A stretch of 63,436 nt of DNA, counting the filler, from Chiloscyllium plagiosum (taxonomy: Eukaryota): assembly GCF_004010195.1 (NCBI RefSeq). It is 4 parts of one record of this genome, joined end to end, with 100 filler letters (N's around TTAATTAATTAA, not from the genome) between each part and the next. Parts side by side here need not be neighbours in the genome. Positions count along the whole stretch, not along the records: positions 1 to 17,857 come from NC_057710.1; 3 more parts are not named here. One strand, 5' to 3'. A program made the translations under genes and the position numbers. The notes under the pieces were generated by a model. The model was not told where the DNA came from and searched no databases. It was given only the letters and a program-made list of their open reading frames with translations. Below, one piece after another: positions 1-14,089 of the stretch (position 1 is its first letter; each line of letters begins with the position of its first letter).

Positions 1-780
1 ACATTCTCTATATTAACTCCTTTTTTTTGCTTTTGTGTACCTGCAGAAACACTTAAAACTTGTTATATTTCTAGCTAGTTTTCTTTCATGTTCTAATTTC
101 TCCACCCTATTAATCTTGCAGTTATTGTTCACTATCCTTTAAATTCTGTCCAGTGTTTCAACCATCCACTCAGTTTTGTGGAAGCATATGCAGTTTCTTT
201 CAATTTTATAAAATCTTTAGTTAGCCACAGGCATTCCTTCCTTAGGGATCTCCTTCTCACTGGAATGTGTCTTTTCTGAGTATGCTGAAATATCTTCTTA
301 AAAGTCTGCCACTGTATCTCTTCTGACTTATCTATTAACGTAATTTCACAGTTCACTTTAGCCAGCCCTTGTAATGTTCCTTATTCAGTTTTAAGACACT
401 AGCCTTAGATTCACTCTTTTTGAAGCTGCTGTGAAATTCAATTATACTATGATCACTGCTGCCTAAGGGCATTTCACTGTGGAACAATTAATTAATCCTA
501 TTTCCTTGCATATTACCAGATATGTAATTTGCTCTTTGGTTAGCAAGAAAGTGTGCTGATTTAAGAAATTGTTCCAAATATGCTGCTTGAACTCATTATC
601 CAGGTTAATTTTGCCAATGCGATTTGTCCGGTCAATATGTAAATTAAATCACTCATGAATACTATAGTACCTTTCTCACAACTCCTCATTATTCCTTCCT
701 GTCTACCCTATTCTACAGTGTGGTTATTGATGGAATCTGCAAGCCATTCCCATGAGTGCATTCTTACCTTTTGATATTTT
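1..780 (-). mobile_element. Degenerate CR1 LINE ORF2 fragment (endonuclease/linker region)
   Basis: ORF 132..356 (QWQTFKKIF..Q..HIPVRRR..WLTKDFIKLK) parallels the CR1 copy at 55971-56159. Confidence 0.65.
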
Positions 781-794
781 TTTAAAATGTTGTG

Positions 795-1382
795 TCGCAG
801 GTAGACAGGTTGGTTTAGAAGGCTTTTAGCACACTTGCCTTTGTTGCTCAGACCTTAGAGTATAGGAATTGAGGTGTCATGTTGAGGTTGTCAGTGAAGC
901 CATTCTTGGAGTACTGTGTCTACTTCTGGTCGCCCTGCTGTGGGAAGGATATTATTAAATTGGAGAGGGTTCAGTGAAGATTTACCATGATATTGCTGGG
1001 ACTTTTCTGACTGGAATGAAGGAGGTTGAGGGTGACCTTATAGAGGTTTACAAATTCATGAGGGGCATAAGTAAGGGGCATCTTTTCTCTAGGGTGAGGG
1101 AGTTCATAACTAGGGGACACATTTTAAGGTGAGAGGAAAAAGTTATAAAAGGGACTTGAGGGGTAATTCTTTCACACACGTTATGTAAAACAAACTGCCA
1201 GAAGAAGTGGTCGATGCAGATACAATTACAACATTTATAAGACACTTGGACAGGTCCATGAATAGGAAACATTTGGAGGGATATAGGCCAAACATAGGGA
1301 AGTGGAGCTAGCTTAGTTTGGGAAACTTGGTTAGCATGGACGAGTTGGATCGCAAGGTCTGTTTCTGTGCTGCATGACCCTA
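795..1382 (+). mobile_element. CR1 LINE 3' fragment
   Basis: LEYCV.FWSP, LERVQ.RFT.., gacctta tagaggtttacaaaattcatgag motifs; 3' end tgtttctgtgctgcatgac. Confidence 0.8.
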
Positions 1383-1879
1383 AAGTGGTCTCCTTTTGTT
1401 GGATACCATGATTAAATAACAGAACTATCCCTTCATCTTTTTCTAGGTTCTGGTCCTAAAATTTCTTGTACCCTTTAATTTTCAGGTCCCAATCATTCTG
1501 TGAACATTTAGGCACTATACGTAAAAGTTCTTTGAGATATGGATTAATTCCAATAGATTGATATGAAGTTTATGTGCTGGTAATATTTAAGAGAAATTTT
1601 TTTTTTCCTGGGAAATGTTTATGCTAATTTTAAGAGGCATTATAAAAGATGCAGTTTATAAAATCAGGAGAGTTTGGGCGTTATCAGCAAGACTTTTGCA
1701 ATGTTATTGCAGTCTAATTAGACGTCTCAAAAAAAAGATCATATCTGAGTTCAGATGTTCAAGTTCCTAAATAAAGGTTAAGAGTATTTTTTAAAAAGTA
1801 TATGACCCACTGTTTTTCATTTTTTAAAATGTAATTGAAAAGTATAGAAGTTATGATGAAGCAAATGTGATACATCCTT

Positions 1880-2410
1880 TTAACTGAGGCATAGATTGAA
1901 GATCAGGGATGTGATGCTGGAACTGCATAAAAAATGTTGATTAGGCTATCATGAGGATATTGTATGCAGTTCCGGAACTGCATTATAGGAGGGTGCAGAG
2001 GAGATTTTCCAGGATGTTGCCAGGGCTGGAGAGTTTTAGTTATAAAGAGAAATTGCATAGACTGGGGTTGTTTTCATTCAGAGTCTGAGAGCGGTCATGA
2101 TTAAGATGTATAAAATAATGGGCATTGATAGGGTAGACAGGAATGAACTTTTTCCCTTCTTGGAGGAGTTCTGGGGCATAGATTTACCATAAGGGGCAGG
2201 AGATGATGGGTATCTGGAACTCTTTACATGTAAGGATTGTAGAGACAGAAACCCTCAACATTTAAGAAATACTTAGGTATACACTTGTGCTCCTGCCAAG
2301 GCTTACAAAGCTATGGGCCAAGCAATGGAAAAAGGAATTAGAATAATTAGGTGGTTGAGTCTATCTTTGTCAAAACCAATAAGGACTTTTTTTGTGCTGT
2401 AGAATTCGAT
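1880..2410 (+). mobile_element. CR1 LINE 3' fragment
   Basis: gagggtgcagaggagattttccaggatgttgccagggctggag and CR1-type tail tgtgctgtagaattc. Confidence 0.7.
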
Positions 2411-2496
2411 GACATTATGTTCATCTTGTATGGATCCTTAAACAGCATTTCTAGTACTGAGAAGAGTTCTGGTCCCTAAGAAGGACACAGATTTTT

Positions 2497-2662
2497 AGAA
2501 TCATTGAATCCCTACCGTGTGGAAAGAGGCCATTCAGCCCAACGTTTCTGCACCAACCCTCTGAAGAGCATCTCACCCAGACCCAACCCCCATATTCCCA
2601 TAATGGCATATTTACTATGGCTAATCCACCTAGCCTGCACATCACTGACACTATGGGGCAAT
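2497..2662 (-). mobile_element. HE1-related SINE 3' part
   Basis: tagaatcattgaatccctaccgtgtggaaagaggccattcagccc ... ggctaatccacctagcctgcacatc, similar to the other SINE copies. Confidence 0.7.
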
Positions 2663-2899
2663 GTTTCTAGAGAAGGCTCACCAAAGATTCATGAAAATGA
2701 CACCAGAACTGAGAAATTACATATATCAGGACAGATTGATCAGGGTGGTGCTCTTTTTTCAAGAAAAGAGAGAGGAGTGATTTGATAACGGTCATTAAGA
2801 TTGTGAAAAGATTTGTAACAATGTTACAATCCAATAAGATAAGAGTAATAACAATCTTGACACAGTACTACAAGTGTTGTCTGTCTAAGGGTCAGTCCA

Positions 2900-3160
2900 A
2901 AATAAATTCTACAGCACACAAAAAGTCCCTTTGGCGCATTGAGTTTACCATGGTCAAAACAAACTACCCAGCTCTTCTAATCCCTTTTTCCATCACTTGG
3001 CTCATATCCTTGTAAACCTTGTCAGGGCAAGCGTATACCTAAGTACTTCTTATATGTTATTAGAATTTCTCCCTCTACACTGTTTACAGACAGTGAGTTC
3101 CAGATACCCACCACTCTGAATGAAAAAAACTTGCTTTCCAGAGTCATCAATACAATGTTG
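2900..3160 (-). mobile_element. CR1 LINE 3' fragment
   Basis: ORF 3022..3213 contains FFSFRVVGIWNSL...KKYL, a CR1 ORF2 C-terminal motif. Confidence 0.65.
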
Positions 3161-5554
3161 CATTTATAGCAGTTGGAAAGGGTTTCTAAAGTTGTTGTGG
3201 ATAGATAAACCAAGAGTTTTCACTGCGAGTAGATTGATATAGGAATAGTAATCAGTTCTGTCCCACAGGGCTTCATGTTGAGACAGTTCATGCTGGAATA
3301 AATTTTTGTTTTTATCACCTAGAAATTAAATAGTGCCTGGACAAACCCAGAGGGGTCAACCTGTTTGGGAGGATCTTAAACAAGTTTGGAACTTTGCAAT
3401 AATTTTATTTCATTGATTTAAATTGAGCAGATGACTGACTAAATTATGCATTATTAATGCCATTCAGAAGGGATCTGGACAAGCTCTTAGAAGGGGAGAG
3501 CATTTCCAATTATAAAGAGCTTGTCATGAGTTAGCTGAGATTAGAAGGATTTATAGGTTACAGCAGCATCCTGGAATTTTGCCTAAGGGAATGAGAGAGA
3601 AATATCCCAGTGTTTTGCTAAATTGATCTTTGAATTCATCTTTTTTGTTGGCTCTCCCAGGAGATTGTGTGATTAAAGGGGTGGGTCAGTGATTTTGTGT
3701 GTGGCTGGAGCATATCTGCATCAGGGAAGATTGATGGATGGGGGAACCTTCTCTGTTCTTTATTTTACACATATTGTAATTTCTTTTAAAATGTATATTT
3801 TGTTTTGATCTTGTCAGGCATGCATTAAAAGGAACACATCACTCATCCATATCTCCAGTGGATAATATGAACAGTACTTGTGATTCCTATGATTTCTTCA
3901 CACTTTGAGCTCATTTGGTGATTTCAGCTGGGTTGTCAAAGGGGATACTGTCAGGTATCCCTGAATGGAAAGCTGCAGTTTCATCAGCACCACTGGGAAT
4001 TCATAAGTAGATAAATGTACTGCATAGCACTATCTAGGAAACTCCAGCTCTCAAAATACCTCCAGTATAAGCTAAATTGGAAGATTTGATTGGAAGGTGA
4101 TGTGAATGCTAAATTAGTCTCCGTGTATCTGGTTTACAAATAGAAAATAAGATTAGAGGAGTTTTCTAATCTTATCTTTTAATCTAATCTTTATCTATTA
4201 TCTCTGGTAGAAACTAAATAGATGTTTGTTGGAAATAAGGTTGCATTCTTCATTAGATCCTACCAAAGGAAGAAAAATGTTGGTCAAATTGTAGTCAGTG
4301 TAATCTGCTGAGAAAGAAAGCCATAGCATGTGTAAAGATTGCTACGTGAACTCAAAATCTGCACGATATATCCTTTAATAGTGTCCCAATAAACTCTTAT
4401 CACTCCGGCTTCATGTCATGTACATTATATTATTACTACAAATTGTGCTGGCATGCAAGTAGACAGGCAGAGAGCTGCATGGAATGCTAATAACCAACAG
4501 TCATTCTCATTTGAACTCCTGTTGAAGGGGAGCAGATGGCTTTATTATACTGGAATACACAATGCCAGATCCTCGCCTTCCCTTGGGTATTTCTTTGTGA
4601 ATGTTGGTGCTTTTATGTTAGTGATGTGAAATGAAATATAGAAATATAGGGATATAGAATTCTAGGCCAGGACTCTCATGACCCTGCCTTGGATTGCAGT
4701 CAGTGGTGCATTGGAATCAGAAAGAAGCATGCATACATGTTATATCAACTTTAGGTATGGACACATCGGGATACTAGGCCTGGATCCTAATATGGAAGAG
4801 GAGCAATTATTTTTGTAAAGGAAGCTAAGGTTATACTATTATATTGTGGGAAAGTGTCTAATTTTCATGGGATTCCGAGATAACCAGGGAATTCCGTTAA
4901 CACTTCCAATCTGTTCCTGCCCAAACAACTGGTAAATTCAGCCTTCATTTTCCAATGGGTAGAGAGAAACTTGCCCCCCTTGGAGTTTCCTCTTTGGGCT
5001 GTGTACAAAGAGGAGACTGGTCAGTCTGAACTTTTAAAATAAACCTTCAATTTTCTTTTTGAAGATCTCCACTTGCCTGGGCCCTTACTCTTTTTGACTG
5101 ACCTCCCACCACCATTCTCCATCCACAGTTGTCCATTCTGTGTCTCATTACCTTTAGTCCTAAGCTGATTGAGTTGGAGAAATGGGAACATCTGGTGCAA
5201 AGCAGTTCTACCCTCAACCTGTCCCTTGATCTACTACCCACTTCCCAAAAGCCATCTCAGGCTGGAAGGGAAGTTCTGTCCTATCAAGGTCAACTCATAA
5301 AACACGAAAGCTCTGTGGCCCAATGCAATTAGGTATTTGCCATTTTTTGATGTGTTCTCAGGTGCTCCATTTCTGCAGTGATTTTAAAGCATCCACAGAA
5401 ATTTGCTAGAAATACCAACTGGGAAAACACCTCCCAATCTATACTGTGCATAGGCACAAGAACAAATCATTCCCAAAGATTTCATTTGAAGGAAATCAGT
5501 AGAGTCTTTTCTTTGAGTGAAAATTGATTGATTGTATTTGATTCACTCTTGCAG

Positions 5555-5642
5555 AAATTATCTGCCGATAAGCCAAATTCAGATGGTGAAGGGCATTTGG
5601 AAAATGGTAACCATGTTGGAATAGCAGATAGTAAAGACCATG
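5555..5642 (+). CDS. AFAP1: Internal coding exon of actin filament-associated protein 1 (between the two PH domains)
   Basis: Acceptor tttgattcactcttgcAG, 88-bp exon, donor ATG|GTAAGT, phase 0/1. Translates KLSADKPNSDGEGHLENGNHVGIADSKDH, matching recalled human AFAP1 KLSSERPSSDGEGVVENGITTCNGKEQ. Not in the ORF track. Confidence 0.85.
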
Positions 5643-6083
5643 GTAAGTCCTTGTATATAATCACATTTCAGTAATGCTAATATTGTTAAGCTGCCATTGA
5701 TTTTTTTCATCACTTTATATAATAGTCACTTTCTTCAACTCATGTTCTTTCTTTGTTTTGCATAAAGAAAAAAGGATGAATATCACAAATGTTCATGCTG
5801 TGATCAAATCAGTTACGTCTTAAATCAAATCACAAAATACTTTTTACTATTTCATTAAGCAAATGTTATTACATCACAACATTTTAATAAGGTTGAAATA
5901 TTTCCTTTCATTTCGGGAAGTTCTTTCATTGTCTTTGGATTGGCTAAAATACTTATTCACTGGTTCTTGTCAAAGATGGATGACTAGCTTCTCATAAGGC
6001 AAATTGTTTAGCAGTTACGATAGGTAGCTGCCATGAATAGTGATGGCCAGGGCAGGGGGTATGATCAGTTAGCGAGTATTGAA

Positions 6084-7101
6084 AAGATTTGTAGCTCAGA
6101 TTGAGGTTCTGGATGTAAATTTGCTTGCTGAGCTGGAAGGTTCATTTTCAGATGTTTCGTCACCATACTAGGTAACATCATCAGTGAGCCTCCAGTGAAG
6201 TACCGGTGTTAGTGACCTGCTGTCTGTGTGTTTAGGTTTCCTTGGTTGATTATGTCATTTCATGTGTCGATGTCAGTTCCTGTGGTGATGTCATTTCCTG
6301 TTCTTTTTTCTCAGAGGGTGCTAAATGGCATCCAAGTCGATGTATTTGTTGATAGAGTTCCATTTGGAATGCTACCTTCTAAGGAATCCTCGTGCATGTT
6401 TCTGTTTGACCTGTCCTAGGATGGACGTGTTGTCCCAGTCGAAGTGCCTTCATCTGTATGTAAGGATATTAGTGAGAGTGTGTAATGTCTTTTTGTGGCT
6501 AGTTCAAGTTCCTGTATCCTGGTGGCTAGTTTTCTGCCTGTTTGTCCAATGTAGTGTTTGTTACAGTTCTTGCAAGGTATTTTGTAAATTTCATTAGTTT
6601 TGCTTGTTGGGATCTTTGAAGTTCATTAGCTGCTGTTTTAGTGTGTTGGTGGGTTTGTGGGCTACCATGATGCCAAGAGATCTGAGTAGTCTGGCAGTCA
6701 TTTCCAAGATGTCTTTGATGTAGGGGAGAGTGGCTAGGGTTTCTGAATGGGTTTTGTCATCTTGTTTGGGTTTGTTACTGAGAAATCGATACATTGGGTA
6801 CCCATTCATTTTGAATACACTGCATAGTTGAGTTTCCCCTCCTTTTCATAGATCGTCTGTGCCACAGTGTGTGGTGGCTCATTAAAATAAAGTTCTAATG
6901 CTGCTTCATTTGTGGATGTTGGGATGATTGCTTCTGTAGTTTAGTATTTAGTCTATATGTATTATTTTCCTGGTTTGAAGTTCCCCATTGGCATCTAGAA
7001 ATGGCAGTTGTGACATCTAGAAATGGCAGTTTGTTGTTGTTTTTCTCTTCTTTTTAGTGAATTTTGTGCCAATAAGGATATTATTGATGGTCTTGAAGGT
7101 T
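6084..7101 (-). mobile_element. Penelope-like element (Poseidon-type), RT C-terminus to 3' pLTR
   Basis: ORF 6594..6809 (ATLPYIKDILEMTARLLRSLGIMVAHKPTNTLKQQL); hammerhead core at 6148-6190. Confidence 0.85.
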
Positions 7102-7108
7102 GATTGCC

Positions 7109-7692
7109 GGAAATGACTGCCAGACTACTCCGACCTCTTGTGGGTTACTCCTAGTAGCCCATAAACCCACCCGGACACTAATACAGCAGTTAATGAACTT
7201 GAAAAACCCCATACAGAGAACGAGTAAAACTAATGTCTGTTACAAAATACCTTGCAAGATCTGTAGCAAACACTACATTGGACAAACAGGCAGAAAACTA
7301 GCCACCAGGATACACGACATCAACTAGCCACAAAAAGACATGAGCCATTCTCACTAGTATCTTTACATACAGATGACGAAGGGCACCATGTTGACTTGGA
7401 CAACACATCTATCCCAGGACAAGCAAACAGAGACACGCAAGAGAATTCCTAGAAGCATGGCATTCCAATCGGAACTCTTATCAACAAATACATGGACTTG
7501 GACCCCATTTGCTACCCTCTGAGAAAAGAAACAGGAAATGACATCATGTCCGGAAATGACATCTCTGACCCAAGAAAACCTAAACGCATAACTAGAAAGT
7601 GCTTCACAGGAGGTTCACTGATGATGTTACCTAGTATGGTGATGAAATGTCTGAAACTGAACTTTCCTGCTCAGTGAGCAAACTTACATACA
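7109..7692 (+). mobile_element. Inverted second copy of the same Penelope-like element (GIY-YIG endonuclease + pLTR)
   Basis: ORF 7100..7327 NVCYKIPCKICSKHYIGQTGRKLATRIH; reverse complement of about 6110-6705. Confidence 0.85.
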
Positions 7693-10084
7693 GTATGATC
7701 AGTCTTGCATCATTTGCCTCATTTGACAGTTGTAAACATGATGACCCAGATATTCACCATTTGATTGTCTGCTTCTCCAGCTGCACTTTTTTGACAGGGT
7801 GTTAAGCTGAGGAAGTTTATGGAGATTCGTCATTCCAACCCTTGTTTCCAGTTGCATACCATTACATTGTGGGAAATGCAGCAGAATTCAGTAATACCAC
7901 TCAAAAGGCATTTGACTGCCCTGTGTCATTTTACTCACTTGTCACTGGGTGAGATTCAAGTCAATGTTTTAATTTTAAATGACCATTTTTGGTCTGAAAG
8001 CTGTAGCAAGTTGAAGGGACAAGAGTCTTGCGTTCTTAATGTTCAAAGTAAGTTTGATTTAGAGTAACATTTACTTACTGTGTGTGAAGGCATCAGGGTC
8101 TGAAGAGTGTTGCAGGGGTCTAATACTCACCAGATGCTAATCCCTTACATAGTAGATATCCATGTGGTGTTGGAATTGTATTTTTCCCTGGGAGGATTAG
8201 CAGGGACTGTTAGATGGAAGAGAAATTGAGAAACAGTTCAGGAGGGAAGGGCTCCTACCTATACTTAGCCTGTGTATTTAAGTTCCTTCACCAGCACAGA
8301 TATTTGGATCCTGCAGACTGGGCGAATGACGTGCATTTTGTTTTTTTATCGTTATTGTTTGTCCATGCTTTTTACTTTTTAAAAATTAGTTCCACTGCCT
8401 CATTTAAATTATTTTTGCTATTAAGAATTTCTTTTCCTCTAATCTAGTTCACGACTTCTCTGCATCTGGAAATGTTTTTTCTTCCTTTTATTTATTTGCA
8501 TTTCTTTCAGCTTTCAATTCTGAAAGTGGCTCCTAATTCAAATGTTTAACCTGCATTTCCTGTACAGAGGTAAACTGATCATTGCTGTATTCCCAGCAAT
8601 TTTTGACTTTTTCAAATTTTTGATATTTGCAGCTTTATTTTATTTGATTGAAAATATTTTAATAATGTCCGGGCTACTAAAGTTTATATTTTTAAAGAAG
8701 CATGTTTTGAAAGAGAAGTTACCAACAGCACTGATTTCCCCAATGAAGCATGTGTTGAGGGTAGCCAAAATTCCACTTCTAATTATATTTTTTGTCAGAA
8801 CAAGATATAGAAATTACCATGCTCCGTGGATTGCCATATGTATCCACTGGGGTAGAGACTGCAAGATTCCGGGCAGCATTTCCAAAATTGGAAACAAAAT
8901 GCTAAATTTGTTGGTTAAGAAACAAAATAGCTGTTCTAACTCCATATGCTACAGCGTAGGAGGGAACTATTTGACCCATTACGCCTGTGTTGAATTTTGA
9001 AATAATTTCATAATTAGTCCTACTTCTCTGCTATTTTATTATAGCTTTTTAAATGATTGATTGGTTATGTTGTTAAGGTATAGCAGTAGCTCAGCATTGT
9101 TTGTTGAGGACTAAGTGGTCCTAAAGAGGCATAGTCATCTGAACATTCAGGTCTATCCTATGGTGGTTACTATTATGGAATTCTCATACTTGCAATACAA
9201 AAGGGCCCAACCTCTGTTACAAGGTTGTCAATTGGCATTGTTGCCTTCAGTTCCAGTTCCTTGCTGTTCTCTATTTCCTTTTATGGACTTCATTTTCAAA
9301 CCTTGAATTGACTTGGTAATGATTTTTTTAATATCTGCCATAATAGCTTAAGGCATTCAATGCCTTCTTTTCTGAGATAAACTTCTAATTTGCTGCTTCA
9401 GTCATGATTGTCGTGATCTGGCCTCTTGTTACTGATTCTGCTGGAGATAGAAACTTCAGAAATATCAGTTTGCCTCCCATTTCAACCTTCAACCAAAAGA
9501 ATGAAGATTGGCAGCAATCTAACCAATACCACTCACAAGTACTTGAGAAAAAGTTATGCAATAATGGCTACCCTATCCAGAGCCATTACTGCTATGCTTC
9601 TGCGCACCATTTTGCTTGATCATCTTCCAGTGAAATTATATTCTGGACTTCTCATCACCTCCTACAGGCATTGAGCATTTCCTGTGTCTCTGCCATTGAT
9701 TGTGTCACGTCATTGACTTCTGGTCAACTTTGGAATCTGAGCTGTAAAATTCCTTATCAGTGCCACAAATATTGGCAAAAATCATTTTGTTTTGAGCTAA
9801 TTGGTTTTAAAATCCTATTCTGTGGAAATTGTTGCTATTTTGTTTCAAATAGATTTGTTCACTAAATCTGACAAACTTAACCAAATGAAGATATGGGGTA
9901 AAAAGCTCTTTGTTTCCCTAATTTTTCAATAAGTATGTCTGTTGGACAAAATTTGTATATTTTGCTTTTTGTCTTCAATAGACTGGGGCTCATTCATTGT
10001 AAGCTAGAAATTTACCACAGTTGGGAACTACATTACTGTTTATTTGGCAGCCTTCTATCTTGTAAGACAACAGTCAACTCTATT

Positions 10085-12560
10085 AAGCATCATCTGCTGG
10101 AACTTAGAAGCCCCACTTTAGTGTGGCAGTCCCTGCTACATTTCCTGCAAAGGAAGAAAGTGGACTGAGAAGGTGGACAGTTCACTGGCCTCTGTTCTCT
10201 CTGGGTCCTCTTCTTGGACAGCTGAGTTTTCATTTCTGTTTGTCTCTTGTAATGTTCTTCCAAAAGGTCAAACTCAAGGCCATGCCAATCAGCCATTGTC
10301 TCCCATTTGTCAGTGTCAAGGTCTGACAGCTTTTATACCTTGCTTGCAAGTGTCCTTGTAGTTGAAGTATGTTTATCCAAGAGGTTGTGCTCCAGTGAGC
10401 AGTCCACCACACAGAAGGACCAAGACAGTACAGACATCACTGGTATAGCAATGAATGAATAACAAGTTTAGCACTGCAGGGGACCCCTGAACTGGTAATT
10501 TTGTTCTGCGAAGACGTGCTAAGAATAAGTCTGAGACCAAGAAGTTTAAAACTGTTCAGCCTTTTCTCCTGCCTACCATATGTTGTCCGTGTCTCACATC
10601 TATGGAACTGTGCTGGTAGACTAGCACCTGAGTGTTCTTAGTCAAGTTACTAGTGTTCATATTAGTTTATTCAGCTTAGACATAACATATGCAGCTTTTG
10701 ATGCATACATTGATTTCAGCATCAACTGATCAATTGATGGTGGTTATAGAATCATAGAATCCCCACAGTGCAGAAAGAGGCCATTCAGCCTGACAATTCT
10801 GCATGACCCTCCAAAGAGCATTCCAGACCTAGCCCTGCAATTCCCGTGGTTAATCCAACTATCCTGCATATCTCTACTCACTACAGACAACTTAGCATGG
10901 CCAATCCACCTAACCTCCACATCTTTGGACTGTGGGAGGAAACTTGAGCATCCTGTAGAAACCCATGCAAGCAGGAAGGAAACATGCAAATGCCACACAG
11001 AACAGTCAACGAAGGCTGGAATCTAATCCAGGTCCCTGGCACTGTGAGGCAGCAGTGCTCATCACTGAGCCACCATGCTGATTGTGGAATATAGGTATGT
11101 GAAACTGCCAACAACCTCCACTGCCATATTTTCAGTGCTGCTATTGGCAGTATTACAACATCCTGGACCTTGACATTTTTCTTCCTCATTTTGGCAGTCA
11201 AACTAAGTTTTTACAGGTGAGAGAAGGTATTCCATGGTATGAAATGCTAATGTGGTATTATCTGCATAGAGCTAGCCTCCAGTGAGGACTTAGTATACCT
11301 TTGTCTTGGATCTGAGACAGATATGGCTGAGCACTAGTGAATATTCTTTCATGATACTCAGTAGCAAGATCTTGTGATATTTGCTGCAATCACCGAGGTT
11401 ACCTTTTATTCTTTTTATAGGGTCAGATTCTTTGCATCTCATGTATCCTGGGGCAGTGCCTGAACCCTCCCAGAGAAGGACGTTTGTGCAGATGTTGCAG
11501 GTGCCAGTCTCCTGTGATGATGACTTCAGGCAATATAACATCAGCAGCTGGACCTTTGCTCATGGCTTTAGTAACCTCCTCCACTATGGGTTCCATACAC
11601 AGCTGTGCCATGATGGTCAGATTTTCTATGGTGTCTAGAGTTTCCTCCGTTGCAGTGTCTGCCCTACAGTATAGCTCAGGATAGAGTTCCACCCATCTCT
11701 ATCATACTGTTTTAAGCTGTTTGAGATGACCTGACCTGCCCTGCCTGTTTTCACTGGAACTGTTCTCCTTGTGGATGGACCTGTTGATACCTTCATATTT
11801 CCCCCTAGCATTGTTATCAAAGGACATCTGGATATTCTGGCAAGGTTGTGAGCAGTAGTTGCTGGCAAATTGCCTACCTGTCTGCTGCACTGACTTTTAG
11901 CAGTTCTTCATGCAGTCAAAATCTTTCTGCTTGGACCTTTCTAATGCAAGCCGATTACTTGGCTTCAATGACTAATCCCATCACAGTGATATCAGCCTCT
12001 AACCAGTCAGCATTTTTCTGTTTTTGCTTCCTATGAGCTGCAAGAATGTGTTTGGTTAATGATGATATAGACATAGCATTTCTGCTTTGGATGAAGAAAC
12101 TTCAAGAGTTGTACCCTAACCCTGATATGCAAGTGAGTGATCTGTATCACAGTCAGCATGTATTGAGAATGCTCGTGGTGATTAGTTCCAATCAGTGCCA
12201 TTGCACTTGTCTTGGATGTCTGCAGGATAACTTGTGTCATTGTTTGTCCTGAAATAAGATAATCATTATATTAGACATATCGTGGCAACCAAGCTTAAGT
12301 AGTCTCTGCCCATTTTCATTTATCTTTCTCAGATCATGATGTCCAAGGCAAGAAGGCCATGTCTCATGAGCTGTGCCTACTCTTCAGTTGGAATCCCCCA
12401 GGAGGTAAAGGTCTTCTAACATGGGGATTCTCCTGCCAGCAGTGTCAAGCTCCTCTGAACTGGCCTTTTGCCTCTGTAGTAGAGCATGACGTTGAAACAT
12501 CAACACACGCTAATTTAAGAGATCCTGGTTGTGTTGAGCTGCAAGGAGAGACAATACAAA
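10085..12560 (-). mobile_element. Degenerate RTE-clade LINE interrupted by a SINE
   Basis: C-terminal CRKCSRDCHTKVGLLS zinc knuckle (10090-10296); KGNLGDCSKYHKILLLS resembles KGDRxDCxNYRGISLLS (11290-11541). Confidence 0.7.
10746..11080 (-). mobile_element. HE1-related tRNA-derived SINE (older)
   Basis: Reverse of gcatggtggctcagtgatgagcactgctgcctcacagtgccagggacctgg...cccacagtccaaagatgtgg; tail gattctatgattctat. Confidence 0.85.
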
Positions 12561-13369
12561 TGATCTGAGTTTATGGCCTGCTTACTTGTTGAATTCACTG
12601 GACATCAGACCACATCATACAATTAGACTGATGCTGCACAAGCTGTTCAATTAAAAAGTAGAGAAATGTGGCTTATTGACTGACAGCAATTTTATGAATT
12701 TATCTGTCTTTAATTCTACCATAACATTTAAGAAAAAAAAATTATAAAAATGTTTGCTTATCCTGCTCCATTTTTTTTAAAAAACAACAATTGAAAAGTG
12801 CTTTGATCCTAAGCTTGCAGTTAGAAATTATAATCAAGCAGAGTATTAAAATACCAGCAGAAGCAGTTGTTTATATTTCATTTTTGATGGTATGGAATAT
12901 GGAAGTTGACTTGAATATCGTGAATGATAATGGAGACACAGAGAGGTCATGCGGTAGAGGGTGTGTTTTTGGTAGATGGAAGGAGATGTCACCAAATGCT
13001 TTGAGACCAGTTTAATGCCCCAGTTATGGCCTTAATTATTTAAATTTATTGTCCATCGCCTTGCAGTAGGTTGCTGATCTTAATTCTTGCCTCTAACAGG
13101 GTAACATCTCCAGCTCAGATTGCACTGGGGACCTGTCTCAAACTCCTATTTTTGCAATCCTCCAGTCACCAAGCCCAACACCAATTCAGGAAATTTCTGC
13201 CTTATCATCAAAACTCAAAGAGCCAGGCTGTGAAGGAAGAACACTAGGGCCTAGTCTTTGTGCACCTAAGCTTTTACTTACGGAGTGAGAGAATTATATT
13301 TCATACCACTCTTAATCAACAACCACATTTTGGTCAGCTCTTATATATGTAAAAGAATTTTAAAATTGA

Positions 13370-14070
13370 CCTATTCAAACATGATTCTGTGGCCATCATA
13401 TTCTGAATTGGGTCTTAAACCCTACCTTCTGGCCGAGAGGTAGGGACACTATGACTGCAACACAGGATTCCCTAAAACTCCTTTGTATGTCATTTTTACA
13501 AAACAGTATTTTTACCAAGAGCAGGCAGATACAACTAGTTTAGTTTGGCAATTATGTTTGGTTGGATCATAGGGTATATTTCTGTGCTGTGTGACTCTAT
13601 GAATCTGTATGGCATAGCTATTTTAATGAATCAGTTCAAACAATTTATGAAATATCTCTAGGGCAGATGGAACACTTTCCAGCCCAGAAATAAGGCCATG
13701 ACTAATGTACCATAAGAGCCTGCTTTCCTTTGTATTTGATATTTTCTAATTAACCTAGTCAAACATATTATGATGCACCTCCGGAACAGGTGGTACTTGA
13801 ATCCATGCCTCCTGGCCAAAGGCAGGGACACTAGCATTGCACCACAACAGCCTCTAAAATAGATGCTTTTCTATTGATATATCTGCTTGGTTATGTGCCT
13901 ATGTTATGGTGAGGGTTCAAAGTGTCAACAACTGGTGATATGATAAATCCACCCTGTAGAACTACTCTAGATATCAAAGATGTTATCACAGACTTCTGAA
14001 GCAGGTAGGACTTGAACCCAGGTGTCCTGGTTCAGAGGTAGGAACATTACCATTTCACCACAAGAAGCAA
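13370..14070 (-). repeat. Three copies of a short tRNA-headed SINE-like repeat
   Basis: Related units near 13410-13465, 13790-13850 and 14005-14065 (..ttgaacccag..tcctgg..agaggtagg.acact..ca.tgcaccacaa); more copies at 16285-16465, 52730-52785, 53225-53320. Confidence 0.6.
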
Positions 14071-14089
14071 TAAGATATTTTTAAGATAT

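Noticed and set aside
6992..7031. 18-bp direct repeat catctagaaatggcagtt
   Set aside because: Ordinary slippage inside a dead element; similar cases near 55702 and 60413.
8542..9000. 152-aa ORF
   Set aside because: AT-rich, no recognisable domain, lies in AFAP1 intron; chance ORF like most of the track.
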